Made by a program: the position numbers and the translations under genes. A stretch of DNA of 63,833 nucleotides, counting the filler, from Lama guanicoe (taxonomy: Eukaryota), in assembly GCA_013239625.1 (NCBI GenBank). It is 211 parts of 211 records of this genome, joined end to end, with 100 filler letters (N's around TTAATTAATTAA, not from the genome) between each part and the next. Parts side by side here need not be neighbours in the genome. Positions count along the whole stretch, not along the records: positions 25,150 to 25,352 come from PNXV01032147.1; positions 25,453 to 25,655 come from PNXV01032148.1; positions 25,756 to 25,958 come from PNXV01032149.1; positions 26,059 to 26,261 come from PNXV01032150.1; positions 26,362 to 26,564 come from PNXV01032151.1; positions 26,665 to 26,867 come from PNXV01032152.1; positions 26,968 to 27,170 come from PNXV01032153.1; positions 27,271 to 27,473 come from PNXV01032154.1; 203 more parts are not named here. One strand, 5' to 3'. A model generated the notes under the pieces. The model was not told where the DNA came from. It saw only the letters and a program-made list of their open reading frames with translations, and made no database searches. Shown here piece by piece: positions 25,350 through 36,811 of the stretch; the stretch's first letter is position 1, and each line of letters opens with the position of its first letter.

Positions 25350-25755
25350 GTGNNNNNNNNNNNNNNNNNNNNNNNNNNNNNNNNNNNNNNNNNNNNTTAA
25401 TTAATTAANNNNNNNNNNNNNNNNNNNNNNNNNNNNNNNNNNNNNNNNNNNNCGTGTTTACTGCAGTGTCGCTCCTTGAGTTTGTTGCTGCCTCGTGCGG
25501 CCCCACAAACAATCCCTCCTCTGTACCGCCCGGTGAGAAACCCGAGTGCTTTCACATATCACGTACCTGTTAATCTTTCTCTAGTAAACTGAGTGTCCAG
25601 GAAATTAATATATTCCCATCTCACCCACACAGCCAACCTTTTCTCCAAGGTTGCANNNNNNNNNNNNNNNNNNNNNNNNNNNNNNNNNNNNNNNNNNNNT
25701 TAATTAATTAANNNNNNNNNNNNNNNNNNNNNNNNNNNNNNNNNNNNNNNNNNNN

Positions 25756-25958
25756 CTCTTGCCACTCCCTTTCCCCTCTGTAACCACACGTTTGTTCTCT
25801 ATGAAACTGTGTCTGTTTTGTAAATAGATTCATTTGTGTCTTTTTTAAAAGATTCCACATATAAGTGACGTTATATGGTATTTTTCTTTCTCTTTCTGGA
25901 TTACTTTGTTTAGAATGATGATCTCCAGGTCCATCCATGTTGCTCCAAATGGCATTAT
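25756..25958 (-). mobile_element. LINE-1 ORF2 end / 3' UTR
   Basis: AGATTCCACATATAAGTGA...ATCTCCAGGTCCATCCATGTTGCTCCAAATGGCATTAT; minus strand encodes IMPFGATWMDLEIII. Confidence 0.9.
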
Positions 25959-26058
25959 NNNNNNNNNNNNNNNNNNNNNNNNNNNNNNNNNNNNNNNNNN
26001 NNTTAATTAATTAANNNNNNNNNNNNNNNNNNNNNNNNNNNNNNNNNNNNNNNNNNNN

Positions 26059-26261
26059 GAGATTTTAAGTTCCCTCCCAACTGTAGGTTGTTGCACCAGG
26101 GATGGGTTTTATGGTGAGATTGTCTCAGCCTTTTCTAGCCACTTCCCTCTCATTTGCCCAATTTGACAGTCTCTCTGTCAGTTTTTAGGTTTTTTTCCAG
26201 AGGAAACTGTTGCATAGGTAGCTGTAGATATGGTGTGTGCGTGGGAGGAGGTGAGATCAGG
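26059..26261 (-). mobile_element. LINE-1 5' UTR fragment (laurasiatherian type)
   Basis: Minus strand CCTGATCTCACCTCCTCCCACGCACACACCATATCTACAGCTACCTATGCAACAGTTTCCTCTGGAAAAAAACCTAAAAACT resembles the sequence just inside L1 5' ends. Confidence 0.6.
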
Positions 26262-27298
26262 NNNNNNNNNNNNNNNNNNNNNNNNNNNNNNNNNNNNNNN
26301 NNNNNTTAATTAATTAANNNNNNNNNNNNNNNNNNNNNNNNNNNNNNNNNNNNNNNNNNNNCTGTTTTCACCCTGCCCTTGTAAACAGGTTCTTCTTCCT
26401 TAAAGTCTGATGCTTCATACTGTGGTGGCCAGTGGGTAAGACTGTGGTACATTTGATCTATAACCTCATTCTCTGATGTCAACAATCCAACATGCGGTCA
26501 GATTACTCACGCACGTTAATAATGTACCAGAAGATGAGGCCAGTGTTTCTCTTTCCCTCCCCAANNNNNNNNNNNNNNNNNNNNNNNNNNNNNNNNNNNN
26601 NNNNNNNNTTAATTAATTAANNNNNNNNNNNNNNNNNNNNNNNNNNNNNNNNNNNNNNNNNNNNGGAAGCAGATGGTCAGAAACCAATGAATCAGCCTGC
26701 GTATTTACCGGCCCGCGCCTGCTGCGGAGCGGGCTTAATCAACAGTGAGTACGATGAGCAAATCCCAGGCCGGCGCCAACGCAACTCCCTCTCTCCTTCT
26801 TCTCTTCTTTCTTCCACCGCCCTCCCACCCCAAGAGCTCAGAATTCCATTTAACCATTTAGGGGACANNNNNNNNNNNNNNNNNNNNNNNNNNNNNNNNN
26901 NNNNNNNNNNNTTAATTAATTAANNNNNNNNNNNNNNNNNNNNNNNNNNNNNNNNNNNNNNNNNNNNCTCCCTGTTGTAACCACGGCTGTGATGAACCCC
27001 TCAGAATAGCTCTGTGTGCGTGTCTGGTTATTTCCTCAGGAGAAGATGCTAGAAGCTGGAGCCGGCAGGGATAGCAGGGAAAGGGCTCTCAGTTAGGAAG
27101 TGTTTGATTCGTTTCTCCCCACGGCCTGGCAGGCGGAGGTTCCCACTTACTTGGTCCCTGGGTCGTCGTANNNNNNNNNNNNNNNNNNNNNNNNNNNNNN
27201 NNNNNNNNNNNNNNTTAATTAATTAANNNNNNNNNNNNNNNNNNNNNNNNNNNNNNNNNNNNNNNNNNNNCAGAACTCGAGAGGCTCGCTGGCCCTCC

Positions 27299-27310
27299 TG
27301 CGCATGCGCA
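27299..27310. promoter_or_regulatory. Perfect NRF1 palindrome in a GC/CpG-rich fragment (27271-27473)
   Basis: TGCGCATGCGCA matches the NRF1 consensus and the surrounding contig is GC-rich with multiple CpGs. Confidence 0.5.
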
Positions 27311-28482
27311 GTGGGTGCCACCTGGTCCGCTGGTTGGAAGCTCCAGCTCCGAGCAGGGGATCGGCCCAAAATCTTCTGAGCTCTGTCGCCCGGTAGGCCT
27401 TTGGCTCCTGCCTGGGGCCGGGGCGTCTGTCTGTGGAAGTGCAAGGTGGGGGCTCCCGGGAAAGGGGTCAGGCNNNNNNNNNNNNNNNNNNNNNNNNNNN
27501 NNNNNNNNNNNNNNNNNTTAATTAATTAANNNNNNNNNNNNNNNNNNNNNNNNNNNNNNNNNNNNNNNNNNNNGTATCCAATTATAAACTAGAAAATTCT
27601 TTTTGGACTAATTTATGAGATTTGTCATTTATCAAAAAATTATAGAAATGTAATAATTGAATTTATAATTACTGAGGACATCCTCTAATTTATTTACTTC
27701 ATGAAGACTCACAAACCATTGTATAAACAAGCACCTGTTTAAATCTTAGATCAAAACTCTCTTATCTATGGGGTGANNNNNNNNNNNNNNNNNNNNNNNN
27801 NNNNNNNNNNNNNNNNNNNNTTAATTAATTAANNNNNNNNNNNNNNNNNNNNNNNNNNNNNNNNNNNNNNNNNNNNGGCTCCAGTGGTGTTTCAGCATCT
27901 TTCCTTTTCACCAAGAGCCAGGTCAGGTCAGGTAGTCACTGCGAACATTCTCATCACCTGCTTCCTAAAGGTTTCTATGCAAAATTAAACTCATCTTACT
28001 CTCCCTACTCCTGTGATCCTCCTGGTCTCATATCTCAATAGATGCCAACTTCCTCTATGGTGTCATTTAGACACCATCCNNNNNNNNNNNNNNNNNNNNN
28101 NNNNNNNNNNNNNNNNNNNNNNNTTAATTAATTAANNNNNNNNNNNNNNNNNNNNNNNNNNNNNNNNNNNNNNNNNNNNTCTGGGGTCTGGATATTTCCT
28201 AGTTAACGGCCATGAAGAGAGAGTCTCACCTCCAGCCACTCTCTCCGTCTTCTGCCCCCTGTCAGTTTGGAAACATCTCTAGCGTGGGAGAGGATACCAG
28301 TCTCCCGTGATTGCGCCCCGAATCCCCCATCTCCCTTTGAGCTTCTTAGACTGTTCTTCTAAAGGATTAAGCTTTCTGAAAANNNNNNNNNNNNNNNNNN
28401 NNNNNNNNNNNNNNNNNNNNNNNNNNTTAATTAATTAANNNNNNNNNNNNNNNNNNNNNNNNNNNNNNNNNNNNNNNNNNNN

Positions 28483-28675
28483 TGTTTTCTATGTCCGTGA
28501 GTCTCTTTCTGTTTTGTAAATAAGTTCATTTGTGTTTTTTTTTTTTAGATTCCACAAGTAAGTGATATCATATGGTATTTGTCTTTCTCTTGTCTGACTT
28601 ACTTAGTTTGATACTCTCTAGGTCTATCCATGTTGCTGCAAATGACATTACTTCATTCTTTTCTATGGCTGAGCA
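28483..28675 (-). mobile_element. LINE-1 ORF2 end / 3' UTR
   Basis: TTAGATTCCACAAGTAAGTGATATCATATGGTATTTGTCTTTCTC...CTAGGTCTATCCATGTTGCTGCAAATGACATT; homologous to 25756-25958. Confidence 0.9.
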
Positions 28676-29997
28676 AAAAAAAAAANNNNNNNNNNNNNNN
28701 NNNNNNNNNNNNNNNNNNNNNNNNNNNNNTTAATTAATTAANNNNNNNNNNNNNNNNNNNNNNNNNNNNNNNNNNNNNNNNNNNNGTTCCCCCAAATTCT
28801 GAAAGTTAGAATGACACAATCACTACCCTGTTCAGACATTAAAAGGCTGAAAAGTCCATAAAGATAGAGTTTTGGCACACTGATGAAAGTGAACACAGAG
28901 AAATGAAACAAAAATTAAATGTTGTATTAGCTTTCCAGGGCTGCTGTGACAAAGCTCCAAACTGAGTGGCTTAAACAACACATATTTANNNNNNNNNNNN
29001 NNNNNNNNNNNNNNNNNNNNNNNNNNNNNNNNTTAATTAATTAANNNNNNNNNNNNNNNNNNNNNNNNNNNNNNNNNNNNNNNNNNNNAAATGTCTATTT
29101 CTGTAGAACAAGGGAGGAAGAATGTTGAAGGTAAACCGGAAGTCTCAGCACCTCATTCACTTTGGAGAACTCTTATAAAATGTTAATACTCTAACACTAT
29201 AATTTGTATAGTATTTTTATATTTTTATAAAAACACCAGTGGGATTTTCAATTCTGTTACTAAGAATTTTATCAATATTGTGTGGTATTCCNNNNNNNNN
29301 NNNNNNNNNNNNNNNNNNNNNNNNNNNNNNNNNNNTTAATTAATTAANNNNNNNNNNNNNNNNNNNNNNNNNNNNNNNNNNNNNNNNNNNNCCTGGTTAT
29401 TGCCATGGAACTCTGGCTGAAATAACCAGTTCCACTTGGGCACTGTGAGGACTTGAAGCAAATCTGTAAAACAATGTATTGTCAGGAGATGATCTGGTTA
29501 CAGTGCCCAGTTGGCCTTGGTGGTTCAAATCATGCAGGAGGCCAATACTTCCTCAAAGTAGTTAAAGGTGTGAATTGAATGTTGCTAGTCACCTNNNNNN
29601 NNNNNNNNNNNNNNNNNNNNNNNNNNNNNNNNNNNNNNTTAATTAATTAANNNNNNNNNNNNNNNNNNNNNNNNNNNNNNNNNNNNNNNNNNNNGCGCTG
29701 ACCTCTGGCTTCACTGGGCGCAGCGTGGATGTAGATGCCCTGGACCTGGAAGCTGTCTTGTCCGCACTGGGCTTCACTGGTCGAGCAGGGTCTTCCTCCA
29801 TTCCACCCTCTTGCTAAGGCAGGACAGAGAGCCTAACAGTAGAGTGACAGCCAACGGCCAGATACACGGCTCCCAAACCCCTCTCCACATCTCCAATNNN
29901 NNNNNNNNNNNNNNNNNNNNNNNNNNNNNNNNNNNNNNNNNTTAATTAATTAANNNNNNNNNNNNNNNNNNNNNNNNNNNNNNNNNNNNNNNNNNNN

Positions 29998-30085
29998 ACT
30001 CCTTGAGCCTCAGTTTATTCATCAATCAAATGGGAATGGTGACACCAGCCTGGCTCACATCACAGAACTGTCTTGAATGCCAGAG
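29998..30085 (+). mobile_element. MIR SINE core fragment
   Basis: TGAGCCTCAGTTTATTCATCAATCAAATGGGAATGGTGACACC. Confidence 0.7.
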
Positions 30086-32118
30086 GACACAACTAATATA
30101 AAGGAACGCAGTATAAAAATAAAAGCTCTGAACCAATGTTAGGGCTTGCATATTAGATCTGAAGTGCCCAGAGGTGCCAGCTAGAAGAGGTTTGCTCTGC
30201 NNNNNNNNNNNNNNNNNNNNNNNNNNNNNNNNNNNNNNNNNNNNTTAATTAATTAANNNNNNNNNNNNNNNNNNNNNNNNNNNNNNNNNNNNNNNNNNNN
30301 TTCGTGCTGTGGCCTGACACTGCAAGAACCTCTTCTGCAACATCTGTCACATGATAATTTAGCCTCTGCGTAAATATTTCAAATAATGTTGTACTCTTTG
30401 AGTATCTCTTCCCCTTCTCCTCTTTAAGAACTAATTGTTCTAATTTTTTTTTATTATTTTGAAATTTAATCTCCCTACATTCTGTAGTCCTACCTTTTGA
30501 AGANNNNNNNNNNNNNNNNNNNNNNNNNNNNNNNNNNNNNNNNNNNNTTAATTAATTAANNNNNNNNNNNNNNNNNNNNNNNNNNNNNNNNNNNNNNNNN
30601 NNNGAGAACAGAGTAGAAGCAAGTCGCCCTCAATTATCCATGTTAATAAGGGACAAGATTAATTTACCAAATCCCAAAACTTTTATTTAAACAAGATATT
30701 CAGTCTTTTTAATCCATTTATTCATGATAAACATTGCTTGTGGTTTTTCAATTAATGCCTTTCCCCATCCTCCTTCCTAAATCTCCATCAAATTTTTTGT
30801 TTCCTANNNNNNNNNNNNNNNNNNNNNNNNNNNNNNNNNNNNNNNNNNNNTTAATTAATTAANNNNNNNNNNNNNNNNNNNNNNNNNNNNNNNNNNNNNN
30901 NNNNNNTAAGCCTTGGAGTAAAGACCTGGATGTGGAAATGCTGAGTCATAGAGTACGGTAAATGATCTTGATATGGAGATACTGAAACATTCAATTACTG
31001 TTATTGCCCACAAAGAATCATCCAGAGAGAGCCTGTCAAAGTTAAACCATTGGCACATACCTTAAAAAACTAACATGTGCCAATTAAATGCACAGGACTG
31101 ATTTATAAANNNNNNNNNNNNNNNNNNNNNNNNNNNNNNNNNNNNNNNNNNNNTTAATTAATTAANNNNNNNNNNNNNNNNNNNNNNNNNNNNNNNNNNN
31201 NNNNNNNNNGGTCACTCTTGGCTTCAATGAGAAATGGCCGTAAGTAATTCTGCCAAACGTGCAAATCTGGGCGTGGGGCCCAAGCCCCCCAGACAGTGGT
31301 GCCCATCTGAGGTGACCAGCAAAGACAGAGGGGAACCACAGGACCCCTTGGGGGAGCCTTTGGAGCCTATGTCCCCTCCACCTCCAACTGGAGGACTTCC
31401 AAGGAAAAAAATNNNNNNNNNNNNNNNNNNNNNNNNNNNNNNNNNNNNNNNNNNNNTTAATTAATTAANNNNNNNNNNNNNNNNNNNNNNNNNNNNNNNN
31501 NNNNNNNNNNNNAAAAAAAAATCCTAAGATGCCCAGTTTTTGCTTCCCTTTCATTTCATGTAATTTGAAAAGATGAGTGTGAAATTGTCCTTGATGATTC
31601 TATTAGACTTCCCCCTTTATCCTTTTCATCCAACAATACACATATAATTTAATGTACAGGTTTAAAATGAGTACCTAAAAAGCTAACTCTTGTAGAAAGA
31701 CAGGATTTTTTTTTTNNNNNNNNNNNNNNNNNNNNNNNNNNNNNNNNNNNNNNNNNNNNTTAATTAATTAANNNNNNNNNNNNNNNNNNNNNNNNNNNNN
31801 NNNNNNNNNNNNNNNGTCTTTGCACCCAGCCATGTTTTTCTGTTCCAGATGTTTTTCTGCATTTTCCTTTTATTTTTTGTATTCTATATTTTGCTCTTGT
31901 ATTCTGATTTTGCTCTTTATAAGTTTAAAAAATGGTTCATATGACTGGATAAAGAAGTTGTGGTATAACTATACAATGGACTACTACTCAGCCATAAAAA
32001 AGAATGAAATAATGCCATNNNNNNNNNNNNNNNNNNNNNNNNNNNNNNNNNNNNNNNNNNNNTTAATTAATTAANNNNNNNNNNNNNNNNNNNNNNNNNN
32101 NNNNNNNNNNNNNNNNNN

Positions 32119-32321
32119 CCCTTCAAAACCATCTTTAAAGCAGCAGCCTAGGGAAGCCTGCTTCCAAGATGTCGAAGGCGTGGCCTGGGCCGCGCGCAGA
32201 ATTGGGGCGGGGAGAGTGGCGGTATGGGCTGTGCGGGAAGGGCCAGAACAGGACGGGAGAAATCTGCGGAGCAGGGGCAGGGGAAGGGCTGGGCCAGGAG
32301 CGGAGAGCCCGGTTGGGGCGG
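32119..32321. promoter_or_regulatory. CpG-island-like fragment with GC boxes
   Basis: High GC, retained CpGs and GGGGCGG motifs. Confidence 0.5.
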
Positions 32322-32724
32322 NNNNNNNNNNNNNNNNNNNNNNNNNNNNNNNNNNNNNNNNNNNNTTAATTAATTAANNNNNNNNNNNNNNNNNNNNNNN
32401 NNNNNNNNNNNNNNNNNNNNNTTTATAATGAGTTACTGCCTCCGTACTGGGAACCAGGAGAGCCCTGCTGTGTTTGTCACTTTTTAGCTATTAGGCAATG
32501 TCTGCAGGTGCTCACGATTTCTATTCCATCCTTATCCTCCTCTAGAGCAGAAAGCAAGTGCTATAACAGCTGTGCGTGTGTTTGTTTTCTTTGGGGGCAG
32601 ACAGAAGCCAAAGAAACCACACAANNNNNNNNNNNNNNNNNNNNNNNNNNNNNNNNNNNNNNNNNNNNTTAATTAATTAANNNNNNNNNNNNNNNNNNNN
32701 NNNNNNNNNNNNNNNNNNNNNNNN

Positions 32725-32927
32725 TGGAACAGAACAGAGAGCCCAGAAATAAACCCACAGACTTGTGGTCAATGAATCTTTGACAAAGGAGGCAAAGAAT
32801 ACACAATGGAGAAAAAAAAGCAAGTGGTGTTGGGAAGCTGGACTCACATGTAAGTCAATGAAGTTAGAACAGTCCCTTACACCATTCACAAAAATAAACT
32901 CAAAATGGCTTAAAGACTTAAACATAA
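32725..32927 (+). mobile_element. LINE-1 ORF2 fragment (disrupted)
   Basis: [23 protein letters not shown], then after a frameshift NTQWRK...[23 protein letters not shown]. Confidence 0.93.
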
Positions 32928-33381
32928 NNNNNNNNNNNNNNNNNNNNNNNNNNNNNNNNNNNNNNNNNNNNTTAATTAATTAANNNNNNNNNNNNNNNNN
33001 NNNNNNNNNNNNNNNNNNNNNNNNNNNAGTTTTTGGAAAATAAAACTTCAGTGAAGTGCTTCGACAAGTCTTTCTTCCTTAAAAATATCAACTCCTCATT
33101 GTTGATAACATCTGTGTGGAGGGGGTAATTATGAACCCTTTTACACTTGTTCTCAGGCAAAGTGAGATTTAACTTGCATCACATATCTTAAGAACTTGGC
33201 CATTTTTGCAACCTTTAAAAAACGTTACCANNNNNNNNNNNNNNNNNNNNNNNNNNNNNNNNNNNNNNNNNNNNTTAATTAATTAANNNNNNNNNNNNNN
33301 NNNNNNNNNNNNNNNNNNNNNNNNNNNNNNGCTTCATAGAATTAATTTGGGAGTTTCCCACATCTTCAATATTTTTGAAAT

Positions 33382-33499
33382 GTTTGAAGAGTATAAGTTC
33401 TGATTTGCATTTTTGTACAGTTATTCAAGGGAGTTGTTAAGTTTGAAGAGTATAAGTTCTGATTTGTATTTTTGTACAATTATTCAAGGGAGTTGTTAA
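33382..33499. repeat. 59-bp tandem duplication inside an old antisense L1-like fragment
   Basis: 33382-33440 and 33441-33499 match at 57/59 positions. Confidence 0.92.
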
Positions 33500-33936
33500 A
33501 ATCTGCTCTTCTATTTAACTATTTATTTAAATGNNNNNNNNNNNNNNNNNNNNNNNNNNNNNNNNNNNNNNNNNNNNTTAATTAATTAANNNNNNNNNNN
33601 NNNNNNNNNNNNNNNNNNNNNNNNNNNNNNNNNATTTTATTTTCCGCTTTTCTGTGTCTATGCACTGGGTGTGTCTTATAAACAGTAAAGAGTTAAATTT
33701 CCTTAAACATTCAATTTGATTATTAACTGTCAAGTTTATTCTGTTTAACTTTACTGTGACTGTTAACATATTTAGTCTGATGTCTACCATCTGTTTTCCC
33801 CTACTTTTCTTGTGTGTATTTCTCTTTTGACCTTTTNNNNNNNNNNNNNNNNNNNNNNNNNNNNNNNNNNNNNNNNNNNNTTAATTAATTAANNNNNNNN
33901 NNNNNNNNNNNNNNNNNNNNNNNNNNNNNNNNNNNN

Positions 33937-34139
33937 AGCATTATTCACATTAGCCAAATATGGAAGCAACCTAAATGTCCATTGAGAAGCAAATGGATAA
34001 AGAAAATGTGGCATACATATAGCTAAATAACGGAATACTATTCAGAAGAAAACACAGACATTTGCCAACAATAGGATGAACCCAGAGGACATTATCCTAC
34101 GCGAAACAGGTCAGACACAGCAGAACAATAGATTGCATA
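33937..34139 (+). mobile_element. LINE-1 ORF2 3' fragment
   Basis: AGCATTATTCACATTAGCCAAATATGGAAGCAACCTAAATGTCCATTG...ATGGATAAAGAAAATGTGG (WKQPKCP motif). Confidence 0.9.
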
Positions 34140-34542
34140 NNNNNNNNNNNNNNNNNNNNNNNNNNNNNNNNNNNNNNNNNNNNTTAATTAATTAANNNNN
34201 NNNNNNNNNNNNNNNNNNNNNNNNNNNNNNNNNNNNNNNTTATAGCCTCAGACCCATGTGGTGCTAGGAATCAAGATTAAAACAGAAATGCCACCAACCT
34301 GCAAACCAAATGGCATGAGTCAATGACATCAGCCTGACACCTGTTTTAAGCCCAAGCAGCCATTCAGGTTGCGCACAGGGTCACTTTGTTTGTTGCAACA
34401 ACAGAGCAACCTTAGGAAGAGGTATTTTGGACAGGATTTCACNNNNNNNNNNNNNNNNNNNNNNNNNNNNNNNNNNNNNNNNNNNNTTAATTAATTAANN
34501 NNNNNNNNNNNNNNNNNNNNNNNNNNNNNNNNNNNNNNNNNN

Positions 34543-34745
34543 ACTTCTATTTTCAAGGAAAGAGTAGTTTTGCCCCAAAGGAGTGGATTTCATTTTGTTT
34601 GTTGTTGCTTTTGTTGTTTTCAGTCTCCAAGTCCCTTTATGCTATTCAACCTTATTGAGTACCCAGACAGCTTTTTGTGGGTCACAGCTAATAATATGTA
34701 CCATATTGGAAACTGAAAGAGAATTTTAAAATATTTGTTTATTGG
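34543..34745 (-). repeat. Paralog pair C, copy 2 (reverse complement of 12727-12929)
   Basis: 195/203 identical after reverse-complementing. Confidence 0.95.
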
Positions 34746-34845
34746 NNNNNNNNNNNNNNNNNNNNNNNNNNNNNNNNNNNNNNNNNNNNTTAATTAATTA
34801 ANNNNNNNNNNNNNNNNNNNNNNNNNNNNNNNNNNNNNNNNNNNN

Positions 34846-35048
34846 ACTGGAAAAGAAGAAAAATCTCAAATCAATAATATACACTCCCACTTAGGAAGCT
34901 GGAAAAAGCAGCACAAAAGAAATGCAAAGCGAACGGAGGAAGGAAATAATAAAGAGGTGAGCAGCAGTCACTGAAACTGAAAACAGAAAACCAAGAGGAA
35001 AAAAAATCGATGAAACCAGGAGTTGGTTTTTAAGCAATAAAATGACCC
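34846..35048 (+). mobile_element. Old LINE-1 ORF2 fragment
   Basis: GAAAAGAAGAAAAATCTCAAATCAATAAT...CCACTTAGGAAGCTGGAAAAAG...GAAGGAAATAATAAAG is the degenerate KEEKSQINNL..HLKKLEK region. Confidence 0.8.
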
Positions 35049-35451
35049 NNNNNNNNNNNNNNNNNNNNNNNNNNNNNNNNNNNNNNNNNNNNTTAATTAA
35101 TTAANNNNNNNNNNNNNNNNNNNNNNNNNNNNNNNNNNNNNNNNNNNNAAAAAATAGTAATAAAGAAAAGGTTCATGATCACTTCTCAACATGTGCATAC
35201 TGTCACTTAAGGAAATGACCAAGGTAGCTAGGAACTGGCATAAAGTATTAAACTGGCAAAAGTGAAAACCAGTAGCGGCCAGCACTGCCAAGAAGCAAAA
35301 AATCACATACAGTTTTACAGGGGAGTATAAATCAGCTGACGAGGGAGTATGNNNNNNNNNNNNNNNNNNNNNNNNNNNNNNNNNNNNNNNNNNNNTTAAT
35401 TAATTAANNNNNNNNNNNNNNNNNNNNNNNNNNNNNNNNNNNNNNNNNNNN

Positions 35452-35654
35452 GACACTTGTTATTGTCCATGTTTTGATTATAACCATCCTGGTGGGTGTA
35501 AAATGAGATCACATTTTCATTTTGATTTGGCTAGTGATGCTGAGCATCTTTTCATTTGCTTATTGGCCAATTGTGTATCTATTTAAATTCGTGGCAAATT
35601 TAAAAATTGGGTCGACTTTCTTTGTATTGGTCAGTTGTAAGCATTTGTTTTACA
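35452..35654 (-). mobile_element. Old LINE-1 ORF2 3' fragment
   Basis: TTATAACCATCCTGGTGGGTGTAAAATG...TAGTGATGCTGAGCATCTTTTCATTTGCTTATTGGCCA. Confidence 0.8.
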
Positions 35655-36775
35655 NNNNNNNNNNNNNNNNNNNNNNNNNNNNNNNNNNNNNNNNNNNNTT
35701 AATTAATTAANNNNNNNNNNNNNNNNNNNNNNNNNNNNNNNNNNNNNNNNNNNNTTGGATGACATACCTAACGATGTGCAGTTTGAGGAGAGCAGGAATT
35801 ATGATTTACACAAACTCCCTCTGGCATTTTGGAATTTAATGGGAACGTCCTGAGGCCCCATCCCAAAATTTTAAAATAGGAAGAATGATAAATGACCATC
35901 TGCCGTCCTCACTGGGTTGTTCTGAGTATGAACTTTCAAAAGCCAGGTGGGAAAGCANNNNNNNNNNNNNNNNNNNNNNNNNNNNNNNNNNNNNNNNNNN
36001 NTTAATTAATTAANNNNNNNNNNNNNNNNNNNNNNNNNNNNNNNNNNNNNNNNNNNNAGGCAATCAGAATGCAGGCCAAATAAAACATGACTGTGGGCTG
36101 TGGTTCTCAACCTCTGTTACAGAGTGAACTGAGCAGCAATGATGTGATGTCAAGTAGATTCTTTATGGTAGAATCAGACTCAGCTGTTGTGTAAGAGTAG
36201 AGGGTAATTCTAACTTGTTTACCCCATGTGTTCACCATTCAGCATGGTGCCTAGCCAACANNNNNNNNNNNNNNNNNNNNNNNNNNNNNNNNNNNNNNNN
36301 NNNNTTAATTAATTAANNNNNNNNNNNNNNNNNNNNNNNNNNNNNNNNNNNNNNNNNNNNTGGTAACCAAAGGAGAAAAATCTGACAGACACCCAAAAAT
36401 ACCAATAAGACAAACTTTGGATCATCTGATACCAGCTGAGCGACACTGAAATACTCCTTGTCCTGCCTGCCCTCCACTTCCAGTCCTGGAGGGGTCCGCG
36501 GTCCTGCCCAGTTTCTGTGGTTGACCTGGCTGCAGGGAAGGCTTGCAGTGCCTCCCCTCACCCNNNNNNNNNNNNNNNNNNNNNNNNNNNNNNNNNNNNN
36601 NNNNNNNTTAATTAATTAANNNNNNNNNNNNNNNNNNNNNNNNNNNNNNNNNNNNNNNNNNNNGGAGCCAGGCCTCTCTATTCTCCATAAACAGCGCCTC
36701 TTCCCCCCCGCCGCCTGCCGGGACGGGCCGGCGGTTCCCGGGCATGTGGGCGAGCTTCTCCCCGGGGGAGGCCCT

Positions 36776-36811
36776 GGCCCCGGCCCCGGCCCCGGCCCCG
36801 GCCCCGGCCCC
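36776..36811. repeat. (GGCCCC)6 hexamer repeat in a CpG-island-like fragment
   Basis: Six perfect units preceded by GGCCCT; reads (GGGGCC)6 on the minus strand. Confidence 0.95.

Noticed and set aside
31210..31412. Proline-rich frame suggestive of ERV gag
   Set aside because: No intact CCHC knuckle, major homology region or other diagnostic motif is visible.
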